A stretch of 64,000 nt of DNA from Myxococcales bacterium (GCA_047601445.1 JASGJH010000001.1:6496001-6560000); one strand, 5' to 3'; counted from the stretch's first letter, positions 29,349 through 43,894 are shown. A program made the numbers and translations. The notes: generated by a model not told the origin, from the letters alone.

Positions 29349-31010
29349 ATGGAGCAAGCCGCGCGAAATTCGTCGAACGAGGGACTATCCCGCTGTGGCC
29401 GCTACGAGATCCTCGGGGAGATCGCGCGCGGCGGGATGGGCATCGTGTACCTGGCGCGACTGTCCCGTGAGGGCGGGTTCTCGCGCATCTATTGTCTGAA
29501 GGTGATGCATCCGCACCTCGAGCAGAAGGCGGACTTCGCCGAGCTCATGCTCAGCGAGGCCAAGCTGGCCGCCCGCATCCACCATCCCAACGTGGTCGGC
29601 ACGGTGGACTTCGGCGTGCACGACGGGCGCTACTTCATGGTGCTGGACTATGTCGAAGGAGTCTCGTTGGCGACTGCTATGCGGCAAGCCGGGCAAGACG
29701 CGGTGCGGCTATTCGTGCCCTGCATCGTGGACGCGCTGCGCGGGCTGCAGGCGGCTCACGCCACCACCGACTACCACGGGCGAGCGTGCCCCATCGTCCA
29801 TCAGGACGTGTCGCCCGATAACATCTTGCTCGGGGTCGACGGCTCGGCGCGCATCAGCGACTTCGGCGTGGCATCGGAGGCGCGTCAGAGCTCGCCGGTC
29901 CACTCGCCGCGCGGCAAGGCCGCCTTCATGGCGCCGGAGCAGCTGATGGGAAAGCGCGTCGATGTGCGCGCCGACCTGTGGTCGATGGGCGTGGTGCTGT
30001 GGAACTTGCTCACGGGGCGCCGATTGTTCGCCGGGGGCAACACCGCCGAGATGTTTCGACGGGTGCTCTACTCCGAGATCCCGGTGCCGAGTCAGCTGGC
30101 GGGTGCATCGGTCGCGGTCTTCGACCAGGTTGTGATGCGGGCGCTCCGCCGTGACCGCGACGACCGCTATCAGAGCGCCGAGCAGATGGCGAGCGAGCTC
30201 GAGGCTGCAGCGCTCGCCTGGGGCAAGCTCGGCAGCCGCAGCGAACTGGGCGCTTTCGTGCAGCGCACCCACCACGACGAGCTGGAGCGGCGCCGCGACA
30301 TGTTGCGGCGCTCCGAGCTGGCCGAGGAGTCGCGGGTGTTCGAGACCGGGCGCGGTTCGCACGAACGTCCGCGCGGGGGCGAACCTTCGAGTCCGGCCCC
30401 GGCTCGCAGCTCGACGCACTTCGGTGACCTGCCCGGGGCAAGCTTCGCAGCCCGAGCGGTTTGGTTCGCGAGGGGCATGCGCGTCGCCTGTGTGGCCATG
30501 GCGGTCGGTTGTGCGGTTTGGTTCGGGGCGCGGGATTCGCAGCCCGAGTCCTCGGCGGCGCTCGCGGGGAGTGGCCTTTCCGGCGCGGTATTGGTCACAC
30601 CCGTCGCTCCCCAGGTCCCCGTGGTCAGTCGGCCCGAGAGCCTCGCGCCGCTCGCCACAGACACGCCCATCCGACTACACGCCCTACCAGCGGCGCCGAG
30701 CGACCCGCATCCGACGCAAGCTGCGCAAGTCGCGCAAGTTGAGCCCCCAAAGCTGCCGAAAGCGGCCACTCATAGGCTCGTCAGGGAGAGAAAAGCCCTT
30801 TCCCAGCGTAGCCATGGAGGCTCCAATGAAAGCGCTGGCCCGAGCGCGCCACGAAAGCTCACGAATGCAGTCCCATCTGAGCCAGAGATCGCGACGGAAT
30901 CCGTGCCTGTGCGGCCGGCGCTCAAAAGCGATCCGAGCCCGTATCCACGCGCGATCAAAGAGCGAGGCGCGGCGGTCCCCCGCGAACGCAATCCCTACTT
31001 GCTCCGCTAG
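29349..31010 (+). CDS. membrane Ser/Thr protein kinase (HQD catalytic-loop variant)
   Basis: ARGGMG, HQDVSPDN, DFG, GKAAFMAPE, TM helix, low-complexity tail ending NPYLLR. Confidence 0.9.
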   Translation: MEQAARNSSNEGLSRCGRYEILGEIARGGMGIVYLARLSREGGFSRIYCLKVMHPHLEQKADFAELMLSEAKLAARIHHPNVVGTVDFGVHDGRYFMVLDYVEGVSLATAMRQAGQDAVRLFVPCIVDALRGLQAAHATTDYHGRACPIVHQDVSPDNILLGVDGSARISDFGVASEARQSSPVHSPRGKAAFMAPEQLMGKRVDVRADLWSMGVVLWNLLTGRRLFAGGNTAEMFRRVLYSEIPVPSQLAGASVAVFDQVVMRALRRDRDDRYQSAEQMASELEAAALAWGKLGSRSELGAFVQRTHHDELERRRDMLRRSELAEESRVFETGRGSHERPRGGEPSSPAPARSSTHFGDLPGASFAARAVWFARGMRVACVAMAVGCAVWFGARDSQPESSAALAGSGLSGAVLVTPVAPQVPVVSRPESLAPLATDTPIRLHALPAAPSDPHPTQAAQVAQVEPPKLPKAATHRLVRERKALSQRSHGGSNESAGPSAPRKLTNAVPSEPEIATESVPVRPALKSDPSPYPRAIKERGAAVPRERNPYLLR

Positions 31011-31109
31011 CAAACGCGTGGCTGCCAGGAATCAGCTCCGAATCCACGGCAACCCTGCTAAGCTCAACGAGCCGCGCATGGTCTTGGGGGATCGCGCAGG
31101 ACGGCTCGG

Positions 31110-32747
<1,638 letters not shown>

Positions 32748-32888
32748 GCCGAGGCGTTCGGGTTGGCTGGTCGTCGCCTTAGGGGGTGTCCCTAACTCCA
32801 GCGCACGCCAGCATCGCGCCTTTCCGCCGTATCGCGGCTTTCGTGCTCGGCCCGACCTTCAGGTCGAGCCTGCGGGCGCACTCGCTAG

Positions 32889-34036
32889 CTAGGGCGCGGG
32901 CGTGGTGAGCGATACTTGAATCTGGTACTCGAACTGCGGGGCGCCCTGCGCGCCGCGCGATAGGCGCACGTAGTAGGTGCCCGCCTGCAGCGCCTGCAGC
33001 GCGATCTCCGGACACGCGCCGCCCGAACTTGCGTTGTGCGCGATCTGCACGTCTTCACGCAGTTCGCGCGAGTCGGCTCGACTCAGCGTGAGGTCGAGGG
33101 CAGGCGCGTCCGTGCACGCGGCGCCCGCACCGGTGGTGACCTTGAGGTTGAGCAAGCCCGACTTGGGCAAGCGGATGAGGAAGTTGTCGGGCTGGCAGAC
33201 GTTACCGCCGATCTTGCCGTTGACGCCCACCGGGGTGCTCGGATCGGCGGTCACGACGTTGGCCAGGTAGCTGTCGTCGTTGGGCTCGACCTCGTCGACG
33301 CGGGCCCCATTCAACTCCACGCGGCAGGCGTTGTCGCAGCCGTCGCCGTTGGTGAGGTTGCCGTCGTCGCACACCTCTCCATGGACCTTGGTGCCGTCGC
33401 CGCACTCCGGGCTGATAGCGAGCAAGCGCAGGGGCGTGGTGCTGCCAGGCTCGATGCCGTCGAGGACCACCACGTAGTCGCCAGCGCGATCGGCCACGAA
33501 GGTGAAGTGTTCGGACTCGTTGACGCCGCACACGTCCGCCGCGGCCACGCATTCACGTGGGTCGCAGCTGCCGGCCGCGAAGACCGCCAAGTTCTGGTTC
33601 GGCACCGGATCGAGGTGGAAGTGCCAGCGCTGCTGGGCGCGGGCGTGCACCGTGAAGAAGCCGTCGGCGCGCTGGAGCACGTCCGGGGCCACCGAGCACT
33701 CGCTGCTCTCCGAGACGTTCGACACGAGCCCCGTGACGTCGATCATCATCGGAGTCACGCTGCTCATCACGGACGGCAGGCTGTTGGTGCAGGTATCCGA
33801 AAGCTTAAGAGGGGCGGGCCGCCCGCGTCGTGGCCGGCGTCGGCAACGGCCCCGTCCGAGACGCTGCCTCCATCGCCGTCCCCATCGCCATCTCCATCGC
33901 CGTCACCGGTGTCGATGCGCTTCTCGAGGGATTCATCGAAAACGTTGCAAGCGGACAGTCCCAACCAACCGGCGAGTAGCCAGCGGAGCGTGTCGAAGCG
34001 CGCGCTCGGGCGCGCGAGCGAAGAATAGCGGGCCAT
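32889..34036 (-). pseudogene. lipoprotein with (GD)n linker, Myxococcus Cys-rich repeat and PPC-like domains; -1 frameshift near 33811
   Basis: Lipobox LSAC plus GD tract in one frame; CGDG..EVCDDGN...GDGC and EVEPND in another. One extra G in the G-run at 33811-33814 joins them (GPPPLKLSDTC). Span is 1148 bp = 3n-1. Confidence 0.8.
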
Positions 34037-35070
34037 CAGAAAGCCTTTCTCCAAGTCAGCTGGCTCGTGCGGCCATCCGTGTTGAAACCGAGCGCGGGAA
34101 TGCGCGAGCGGCGCGCCTGGGCGCGGCCAGAGTGTTTGCCGAAGTCCGTGAACAACCCGAGGACCACCGTCGTGGCGGCCAAGGCGCTGCTGCCGACGAT
34201 CAGAATCGTGGTCCGCAGGTCCTTGTTTTCACCGGAATCGAAGGCCTTCTGCGTGGGCATCGGGCTGTTCTTGAAGTCGTCTCGCGCGTTCAACAGGTCG
34301 ACACCCGACCAGATGGTGACCGCGCCGACCGCCACGGTGGCGCCGAGAAAGCTCCAGAAATACGCCTGATGAAGCCCCTTGTGCTCGGGAGCTTGGTCGA
34401 CCGGCGCGGCTGTCGGAGTGGCCACGCCGAGCGCGGGCGCCTCGGCGGCAGGCTCAGGGGCAGCCGGGCTCGCAGGCGCGCTCGTCGCCAAGCGTGTCAA
34501 CTCGAGCTTGCCGCTCTCTCCAGCGTGGGACTCCACGCGCGCTCGGCTCCCTTCGCCACCCTCGAAGCTTGCCGAGATGGTGTGGGGCCCGGGTTGCAGG
34601 TACACGGTATGGCTCGTCCTGGCCTGAGTCCCCACCGCCAGACCATTCACGGACAACACGCAGGGGCTGGTGCAGTCCACCTGAAATCGGCCCAGCTGGG
34701 GTCGGGCGCGGCCCAGGATCTCCTCCGCCAGCTGACGCGACGTGGGATCGCTGCCGTAGCGGCGCAGCAGCTCTTCCGCGTTGGTGGCCGCCGGAACCAG
34801 ACGGTTGGCGGCGAGCCAGGCACGCGCGGCATTGCGCAGGGCTTCGGGCGCCGGTGCGATGCTGTCGGCCAGCTCGTAGAGCTCGGCAGCGCGGGCTGAG
34901 TCGCCAGAGAGTTCGGCCCGCTGGGCTTGCCCGAAGGCATTGGCAGCAGCGGAGACGTCGTCCGTCTGGGCTCCCGCCGAAGTCCCCTGAAGCAGCAGCA
35001 AACAAATCAAACCCAAGTACCAAGGCGCACGCGGCAGATCGATCGGCACAGGCCCCCCTCGCGGATCCAT
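34036..35070 (-). CDS. secreted TPR/PEGA-like protein
   Basis: Signal peptide, TPR-like helices, PEGA-like LSVNG...LQPGPHTI, two hydrophobic helices, terminal Phe. ATGA overlap with the next gene. Confidence 0.7.
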   Translation of the reverse strand: MDPRGGPVPIDLPRAPWYLGLICLLLLQGTSAGAQTDDVSAAANAFGQAQRAELSGDSARAAELYELADSIAPAPEALRNAARAWLAANRLVPAATNAEELLRRYGSDPTSRQLAEEILGRARPQLGRFQVDCTSPCVLSVNGLAVGTQARTSHTVYLQPGPHTISASFEGGEGSRARVESHAGESGKLELTRLATSAPASPAAPEPAAEAPALGVATPTAAPVDQAPEHKGLHQAYFWSFLGATVAVGAVTIWSGVDLLNARDDFKNSPMPTQKAFDSGENKDLRTTILIVGSSALAATTVVLGLFTDFGKHSGRAQARRSRIPALGFNTDGRTSQLTWRKAF

Positions 35071-35413
35071 GATCCGTTCGCCCCCGCCTGTACTGCAAGA
35101 TTATCGTGCGTGCACGACGCAACCTCGCATGGGGGCGATCTGGCCGGCTCCCGGCCCGTCGCGTGACGTCCCACGCTGGCGTCGAAACGAGCCCTTGCCC
35201 CCGCTGACCGGTCCCGGACGATGCGCGCGGAGGGTGCAGGTAGACTGGATCCCCGGCGGGGGCTTTCCGAGGCAGCCTCCGAAGTGAGCAGCAGCTTGCG
35301 GGGCACCCTGGGCTGGGTGCGCCGCCCGGCCGCGGACCCACGGTAGGTGGTGATGCCCTGTGGTCGCGGACGGCGCGGCCTCGCGCGGTAGACTGCGCGC
35401 TCCGCGAGGCCTC

Positions 35414-36178
35414 GTGTTCTTCTGGCTATCCAAGACCTTCGATATCTTCACATCGCCGCCCTTCCTGGTTCTGGTCTTGGCGCTCCTGGCCGCCCGCAAC
35501 GCCCGGCGCGGGAACGCGCGGGGCGCCTGGCGATTCGCGATCGCGGGCGGCGTGCTGCTCTATGGCCTGTCGGTCCCCCTGCTGGCCGACCCGTTGCTCA
35601 CCTACACCGAGGAAAACGACGGGCATCCCTACGACCCGCGAGCCTCCTATGACGCAGTCATCGTGCTCGGAGGCTTTCTGGGGCGTGACTTGGACTACGG
35701 CTATGCGCTGAGTGAGCCAGGCGAGCGCTTGCTGCGCGGCTTCGAGGCCTTTCGCAGCGGCAAGACCTCCCTCGTGATCCTGTCAGGCGGCGGCTTTGGC
35801 GACGAGGTGGAGGCCGACCTGATGGCCAAATTGCTCACGGAGTGGGGCGTGCCGAGGGACCGTCTGTTGCTGGACCGTGACAGCTTGAACACGCGCGAGA
35901 ACGCGCTCGGGGTGCAGCGAATCGTGGAGCGGCACGGCTTGCGCAGATTGCTGCTGGTGACCAGCGCCTTTCACATGCAGCGCGCACTCGACTGCTTCCG
36001 GGCGCTCGGTCTCGAGCCCGATGTGCTGCCATGTGATTTCCAGGCGCCTGGCACCGCGGGCTGGTTCTGGACGCTGGCGCCGCGCGCCGGCACGCTCGCT
36101 GTGTCCGAAATCGCGCTGCGGGAGTTGCTGGGCCGCCTAGTGTACCGAGGGATGGGCTATGCCAAGCCCGGAGCCTGA
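35414..36178 (+). CDS. YdcF/ElyC/SanA (DUF218) family protein
   Basis: VIVLGG, ILSGG, SLNTRENA and LVTSAFHMQRA motifs. Confidence 0.92.
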   Translation: MFFWLSKTFDIFTSPPFLVLVLALLAARNARRGNARGAWRFAIAGGVLLYGLSVPLLADPLLTYTEENDGHPYDPRASYDAVIVLGGFLGRDLDYGYALSEPGERLLRGFEAFRSGKTSLVILSGGGFGDEVEADLMAKLLTEWGVPRDRLLLDRDSLNTRENALGVQRIVERHGLRRLLLVTSAFHMQRALDCFRALGLEPDVLPCDFQAPGTAGWFWTLAPRAGTLAVSEIALRELLGRLVYRGMGYAKPGA

Positions 36179-37716
36179 GCTGGTCCGAAGTCGAGGCCGT
36201 CGAGCTCCAAGGTGGTCAACACCAGCGTGACCTGCGCGAGCCGTGTGTCTTCGAAGCGCAGCGTTGCGTCTTCGAGGCGGGTCAGGTGAGCACTCGAGGT
36301 CAGTACGCTCGAGCCCAGAGGCATGGCATGGACGCTCGCCGTCAGCTTGTCCCCATCCACGCGCAAGAGTCCCGCGCGCGGTGCAGATTCGGGATCGTGG
36401 TGGACGGTGCCTTGCACGCGCAGGCTTCCCAGCACCAGCTCGCGCAGGGCTGCGTTCATGGGGCGTGCCTGGGGGGCGAGCGAAAAATCCGTGTCGATGT
36501 TGGCGAGGGTCATGTGACGCAGGGCAAAGCGTGGGCCGCTCCCGCCGTTCGCGCTGGGCTCGGGAGGCGGCTCGCTCTGGCGCGGGCTCGAGAGGCGTGC
36601 CTGCGGCAACACCGCGAGGCGCACGCGGTTGCGCTCGGCGAGTCGATAGTCCTCCGGCGTGAGGTCCCAAATCACGAGCGGCTTGCCACGCCCGCGCACG
36701 CCCACCAGGGGGATACCCACCTCGAGCACGAGTGCGCCTTCGCGCACGGCGAAGTCGAGCAAGGAGTCCTCGAGGCGCGAGAGTCCGCTCTCGAGCACCA
36801 GATAGTCGAGGCTGCCATCTGCGATGGGCACGCGGATTTCGTGGGTGGCGCGGCGACGGCCGATGATGGGGACCGCTAGATCGACTTCGACGTCCACATT
36901 GAGATTGCCGGACACGCGATCGAGCAGGCTGCGATCCCACAAAGGGTTCGTGGAGGGTGCCCCGGGGGCACGTGACTGACGCGGTTCGGGTGGGCGCGAC
37001 TGGCGTGGCTCGGGTGGCTTGGGCGCCGGTGGGAGTGAGAGGTTGCCCTCGACGCGCTCGAGCTTGGCGCGTCGGGCCTGGATGGAACCTGCTTGATAGG
37101 AGCCCTGCTCGAGCGCCACGGCGCTGCCGCGCAGTTGCACGTTGGCCTGGGTGAGCTCGAGCTCAGGGGCCCGGAGCTGCCCGAAGCTGAGCTTGAACTC
37201 CGGGTCGCCCCAGCCGATGTGGAGAGCTTCTGCCCGCAACTCGGGAACCGCGACACGCAGGGCCCCGGCGGACTCGACCACGAGATTGCGGAACACGGCG
37301 ACGTCTGCCTGCACGCTGCCAGCGGAGCCCTTGAGCTCGAGCACCAACTGGTCAGCTTCGAGCAACGCGCTGATGTGTAGCTTGCCGATCTGGACCGACA
37401 ACTCCACGGCGCGCGTGCGCTCGGTCGCAACGCGACCCTCGAGTTGTCCGCTGCGCGTGCCGAGCGCGGCCTGGAGCCCATCGAAGACGGTTTCGCCCTT
37501 GGAGAGCAGGGTGAGCGAACCAAAGGTCAGCTGGAGAAGGTCGAGCTGCAAGCTCGGCGCGCGCACGCCCTCGAGCTCGAAGCCCCGAGAGTCGGAGAAC
37601 ATCTTGCCCGAGATGCCATCGGCGGAGCGCACGCTGACCCGGTCGGACGGATGGCCCTCTCGGGCGAGGTCCAGTGCGAGTCCATGGAGCGCAAGCCGCT
37701 CGAGATCGATGCGCAT
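36157..37716 (-). CDS. hypothetical beta-strand-rich protein
   Basis: 519-aa ORF with alternating hydrophobic pattern and PEPRQSR repeats. No recognised family. Confidence 0.7.
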   Translation of the reverse strand: MRIDLERLALHGLALDLAREGHPSDRVSVRSADGISGKMFSDSRGFELEGVRAPSLQLDLLQLTFGSLTLLSKGETVFDGLQAALGTRSGQLEGRVATERTRAVELSVQIGKLHISALLEADQLVLELKGSAGSVQADVAVFRNLVVESAGALRVAVPELRAEALHIGWGDPEFKLSFGQLRAPELELTQANVQLRGSAVALEQGSYQAGSIQARRAKLERVEGNLSLPPAPKPPEPRQSRPPEPRQSRAPGAPSTNPLWDRSLLDRVSGNLNVDVEVDLAVPIIGRRRATHEIRVPIADGSLDYLVLESGLSRLEDSLLDFAVREGALVLEVGIPLVGVRGRGKPLVIWDLTPEDYRLAERNRVRLAVLPQARLSSPRQSEPPPEPSANGGSGPRFALRHMTLANIDTDFSLAPQARPMNAALRELVLGSLRVQGTVHHDPESAPRAGLLRVDGDKLTASVHAMPLGSSVLTSSAHLTRLEDATLRFEDTRLAQVTLVLTTLELDGLDFGPAQAPGLA

Positions 37717-37970
37717 CTCGGAAACCTGCCATTCCTCACGAAGGGATGCCAGTTTGGAGCCCGCGCGCTTCGAGCAGGGACGCTCCTCCCCTGGTGCTCA
37801 ACGGTGGCGAAAGCGAAAGCCGTCCCTCTAAAGCTCCTCTAAAGCGCGAGAGGCGAGAATCGCTGCTGCGATGCCCGCCTCCCGTGATGAGCACCAGCTG
37901 GTCGCTCAGTCCTTCACGTCGCCTCGAGCGAAGATCGAGCCACGCAATGTTACTGAGTGACCCTGGTCGC

Positions 37971-40028
<2,058 letters not shown>

Positions 40029-40269
40029 GAGCGAATACCCCCGGAAGTCATGGTCTCGACTTAGGCTACCACAACGCGAGAAGCGAGGGGGCGGCGATCA
40101 CTCTTTCATTTCGTACACGTACGCGTGCCCGTGCCGGCGCTCGCGCCGAGCCGTCCATGGGTGCTGTGTAGGGACACGCCGCGCCAGCCTCGCGGGGACG
40201 CGCCGCGCGCGCTGAACCCACACGAAATTCACAGGCCGCCGGGGCGTGCGGGCCTGCTACCCTCGTCGG

Positions 40270-41562
40270 ATGCGCTCCGAGCTCGAGATCGCATTGCGCC
40301 TGGATTTCATGTTGGCCCAAGCGGCCAGCATGGCTCGGCCGCTGCCCTCGCTCACGCCCGAAGACGCGGCGAGCGAACGCGCCCGCTTGATCGCCAGCCT
40401 GGGCCGGGGCGAGCTGCCGGTGCCCGCATTCAAGGCCCAACGACAGCGTCTCGCCTCCGATGCCTATCGCTTGATCGATGACGCACGCAGGCTGTCGTCG
40501 GAGTGCGTGATTGGTGGCCTTTATACCGATCGTCTCGACGAACTCGAGCTTGATTTGGCCATTTTGGAGGCCTGGGGCGACGCCAAGTTGATCCGCCCGC
40601 TGTGCGCTCGTCGTTATGGACGAGGGGACGAGCGCGTGGCGCCCGGGGCGCTACGCGTGCGCTCCATGGTTTGCTCGCGGGCGGACCCGCCCGCTTCGAC
40701 CGCGGGCGGCCCGGATGGGGACACGACGCGAGAGTTCACCCTGATCGAGGTCGCACGCGAGCTCTTGCGCACCTTGCCACGCAGCGAGCTACCCGAGGCC
40801 ACGCTGCCCGCCGTCGCGACCAAAGGTGCGCCTTCGGTGGCCGCCCTCATGCAGCGCGCCTTCCTCGGCATCGGGCTGGATGCCGAGGTTCGCGTGGAGC
40901 CGCGCTTGTCTTCCCTGGCAGCCACCGGGGAACGCACGGTGTTCTTGGCCGATCGCTTGTTCAGCCTGCGGGAGGCGCGTCGGCTCACCGCGCACGAGGT
41001 CTTCGGCCATTTGGTGGTGGCAGCCAATGCGCGCGCGCAGTCGCTGCGGCTCCTGCAGATTGGACTCAAGGGGTCCTTCGCCGATCAGGAGGGGCTCTCG
41101 CTGTACCTCGAGGAACAGCTGGGCTTCATGTGCAGCGAGCGCCTGCGGACGCTGTCTGCGCGCGTCGTGGCCACCGAACTGCTCCACGCGGGCGCGTCGT
41201 TTGGTGAGACTGCGCGACTGATGTCCGTGGAGTACGGCTTCTCGGCGGAGGCCTCGGTCTTGATCGCCGAACGCACCTATCGAGGTGGCGGTGCCGCGCG
41301 GGATGTCGGCTATCTGGCGGGCTATCTGCGTGTGCGCGCGGCCATCGCTGCCGGAACTGCTGAAGTCGATGAGCTGCGTCGTGGGCGCGTGTCGGTCGCT
41401 TCGCTGCCTGCGCTGCGCGAGCTCGAGGGGCGCGGTTGGGTGCGCCCGAGCGTCTATCGGCCGAGCTTCTCTCTCAGCCGCAAGTTGATATTGGGCGGCA
41501 CCAACGCGGACACGTCACCGCCGAGCGACGCAGCCTCCTTGACGATGTTGGAGCTCACGTAG
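40270..41562 (+). CDS. DUF1704 / QEGLA-motif metallopeptidase-like protein
   Basis: HExxxH (HEVFGH), QEGLS, RTYRG and YLAGY motifs. Confidence 0.8.
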   Translation: MRSELEIALRLDFMLAQAASMARPLPSLTPEDAASERARLIASLGRGELPVPAFKAQRQRLASDAYRLIDDARRLSSECVIGGLYTDRLDELELDLAILEAWGDAKLIRPLCARRYGRGDERVAPGALRVRSMVCSRADPPASTAGGPDGDTTREFTLIEVARELLRTLPRSELPEATLPAVATKGAPSVAALMQRAFLGIGLDAEVRVEPRLSSLAATGERTVFLADRLFSLREARRLTAHEVFGHLVVAANARAQSLRLLQIGLKGSFADQEGLSLYLEEQLGFMCSERLRTLSARVVATELLHAGASFGETARLMSVEYGFSAEASVLIAERTYRGGGAARDVGYLAGYLRVRAAIAAGTAEVDELRRGRVSVASLPALRELEGRGWVRPSVYRPSFSLSRKLILGGTNADTSPPSDAASLTMLELT

Positions 41563-41933
41563 AAGTAGGCGTCGTTGGCCATCAAGAACACGGTCTCCAT
41601 CCCTTCGAACAGGTGCCGGTTCATGTTCGCCATCTGCAGCTCGTACTCGAAGTCGGCCACCGCGCGCAGTCCGCGCAGCACGACCTTCACGTTCTTACGG
41701 CGGCAGTAGTCCACCAACAAGCCATCGAACGAGTCGACCTCGATGCGCGTCTCGTCCCCGACGGCCTCGCGGATCATGTCGATGCGCTCTTGCACGCTGA
41801 AGAGCGACTGCTTCTTGGGGTTCGACAGCACCGCGACGATCAGGCGATCGACCACGACCAGGCCACCCTTGATGATGCTCAGATGGCCGTTCGTCATCGG
41901 GTCGAACGAACCGGGATAGATCGCCACGCTCAT
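41454..41933 (-). CDS. coaD: pantetheine-phosphate adenylyltransferase
   Basis: [24 protein letters not shown] and SSNIVKE motifs. Confidence 0.97.
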   Translation of the reverse strand: MSVAIYPGSFDPMTNGHLSIIKGGLVVVDRLIVAVLSNPKKQSLFSVQERIDMIREAVGDETRIEVDSFDGLLVDYCRRKNVKVVLRGLRAVADFEYELQMANMNRHLFEGMETVFLMANDAYFYVSSNIVKEAASLGGDVSALVPPNINLRLREKLGR

Positions 41934-42523
41934 CGCACTTCGCCTCTCGGGTTGGTTGGGGGCGTCCCCCAGGTCAGGATCTCCACGGCCGTGTCGCCGT
42001 AGCGGTAGCTCGATTGAACGGCGAAAGCAGTTGGCAGCGCCAAGTGTCCCTTCGCCGCATGCTCTAGCAGAAGGACGGCGTCCTCGGCCAGCAGGCCGTC
42101 CCGGCACAGCTGCTCCAGGGCGAGCAGGGCTCCGTCGACCTCGCGATAGGGCGGATCGAGCAGCACCAGATCGAACGGAGCTAGCGCCAGAATCGCTTTT
42201 TGGCCCCGGGCTTTGCCGATGTCCTCGCGCAACACCCGCACGCTCGAAACAACGTCGAGCTCCTGGGCCGCCATGCGGATGTGTTCGGCCACGCGAGCGT
42301 CCCGCTCCACGAACAAGACCTGCGTCGCGCCCCGGGAAAGCATCTCGAATCCGAGCGCCCCACTGCCCGCGAAGAGATCGACCACGCGCGCTCCTTCGAT
42401 GGCGCCGCGCGCCGATAGCGCCGAGGTCAATGCCTCACGTACGCGCTCGGAGGTGGGTCGAGTCACGTTCCCAGGCGGGGGCGCGATGCGACGACCCCCC
42501 AAGCGTCCGCCCACGATCCGCAC
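41930..42523 (-). CDS. rsmD: 16S rRNA m2G966 methyltransferase
   Basis: RIVGG...[20 protein letters not shown] and DPPY motifs; usual rsmD-coaD pair. Confidence 0.95.
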   Translation of the reverse strand: MRIVGGRLGGRRIAPPPGNVTRPTSERVREALTSALSARGAIEGARVVDLFAGSGALGFEMLSRGATQVLFVERDARVAEHIRMAAQELDVVSSVRVLREDIGKARGQKAILALAPFDLVLLDPPYREVDGALLALEQLCRDGLLAEDAVLLLEHAAKGHLALPTAFAVQSSYRYGDTAVEILTWGTPPTNPRGEVR

Positions 42524-42527
42524 GGCT

Positions 42528-43712
42528 CTAGAACTGCACGGTCGCGTTCAGCATGGCTTGGCCATGACGGTAGCTCGGGCGGAAGCTCACGCGTTGCTGC
42601 TTTCGCAGCGGGTCGGTGACGAGCAAGTAGGTGCCGACACCACCAAAGACGATGGCGCTACCCAGGAAGACGTACTGCAGCACTTCCAGAGTGTCCGCCT
42701 CGTTGCACAGCGAGTTCGCCTTGCTCTCGAGCCCTGCCTGGCTGGGATGCTTGTGCGCCAGGGTGCCAGCCTCGGCCGCGACACAGACGTCCTGGACGTT
42801 GGGCGGGAAGGCGGCGCGATACTCTTTCAGGTACGGGTCGTCGTTGATGTTCCCGATACGGACCCAGCTGTAGATGGTGGCGCCGGTGAGGCCGAGCGCG
42901 AGTCCGATGGAGGTCCAGCCGAGCACGCGACGCAGCTTGCTGGGCTGAAGGTCCTCGGGGGCTTCCATGCCTGCGAACGCGGATGCGGGTTCCTCGACGA
43001 GCGGGGCATCCGCCGGCTTGAGCACCACGCGCAAGGTGGCCGTGGCATTCTCGCCGACCATGACGGGCACGTCGCGCACGCGGTCCTCGACCGGGTCGTG
43101 CACCGTGACGCTGTGCTTGCCCGCCGCGATCTCCGAGAGCAGGAGCTCGCCGCGCGGGTTCAGCTCGCCCACCGGATCGCCATCGATGGCGACCTCGGCG
43201 CCCGGGCTGTCGCCGACGATGCGCAGGGATCCGAGCGCCCGTTTGCCCGCCAGACGCTCCATGAGGGCCTGGGCGCTCGGGCCGAGGTTCGGACCTTCCA
43301 TGCGCTCCGCGGGGACCTTTTGCTCGATGGACGACTCGACCTGCCCGCTCACGGCGTCGAAGCTGAACAGGGCGATCTGGACCTCGCCTCCACTGCGCGC
43401 CGTGGTGCCGTAGATCAAGCGATCGACCTTCAGGGTGCTCGCGATGTCGGCCATGCAGCGTGCGTCCGGCTCGTCGCAGCCGTGGGCCAGGCTCATCTGC
43501 GCGAGCGACACGTCGCGATCGCTCACCTGAAAGCCCTGGATCTTTTTCGCCGCCTGGCGAAGGGCATTCGATACGTCGCGCGCTTCGTCGTCGTCGCCGT
43601 CCAAGGAGCGCACGCCCAACACCACGACGGAGCTGTCGGCGGCCACGGGAAGCGGCGAGCTGGCCAGCACGAACATCGTTGGAATAGCCAACCACAGCCA
43701 CAGCAGCTTCAT
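42528..43712 (-). CDS. secreted PEGA-domain protein
   Basis: Signal peptide, GCDEPDARC, PEGA (GAEVAIDG...AGKHSVTV), two hydrophobic helices, terminal ...ATVQF. Confidence 0.75.
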   Translation of the reverse strand: MKLLWLWLAIPTMFVLASSPLPVAADSSVVVLGVRSLDGDDDEARDVSNALRQAAKKIQGFQVSDRDVSLAQMSLAHGCDEPDARCMADIASTLKVDRLIYGTTARSGGEVQIALFSFDAVSGQVESSIEQKVPAERMEGPNLGPSAQALMERLAGKRALGSLRIVGDSPGAEVAIDGDPVGELNPRGELLLSEIAAGKHSVTVHDPVEDRVRDVPVMVGENATATLRVVLKPADAPLVEEPASAFAGMEAPEDLQPSKLRRVLGWTSIGLALGLTGATIYSWVRIGNINDDPYLKEYRAAFPPNVQDVCVAAEAGTLAHKHPSQAGLESKANSLCNEADTLEVLQYVFLGSAIVFGGVGTYLLVTDPLRKQQRVSFRPSYRHGQAMLNATVQF

Positions 43713-43894
43713 GCGTTCCTCGTACCCACCATTCACTCCGCACCATACTGATAGTTCACCTGCTCCCGCAATGTTTTCGGGGCTTGCTCAGGTCCTCCGG
43801 ATGTGTCCTGCTGGGGCCCCAAATGCGGGCAGCACAGCAAGACGTCTGCGGATGTTTCCCCACAGGGCGGCACTATCCGGGCATTTCCGAGTTC

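Noticed and set aside
40270..41562. functional link between the QEGLA-motif protein (family name mentions flavohaemoglobin expression) and the globin module
   Set aside because: It lies about 25 kb away in a housekeeping neighbourhood, and no sequence evidence ties them together.
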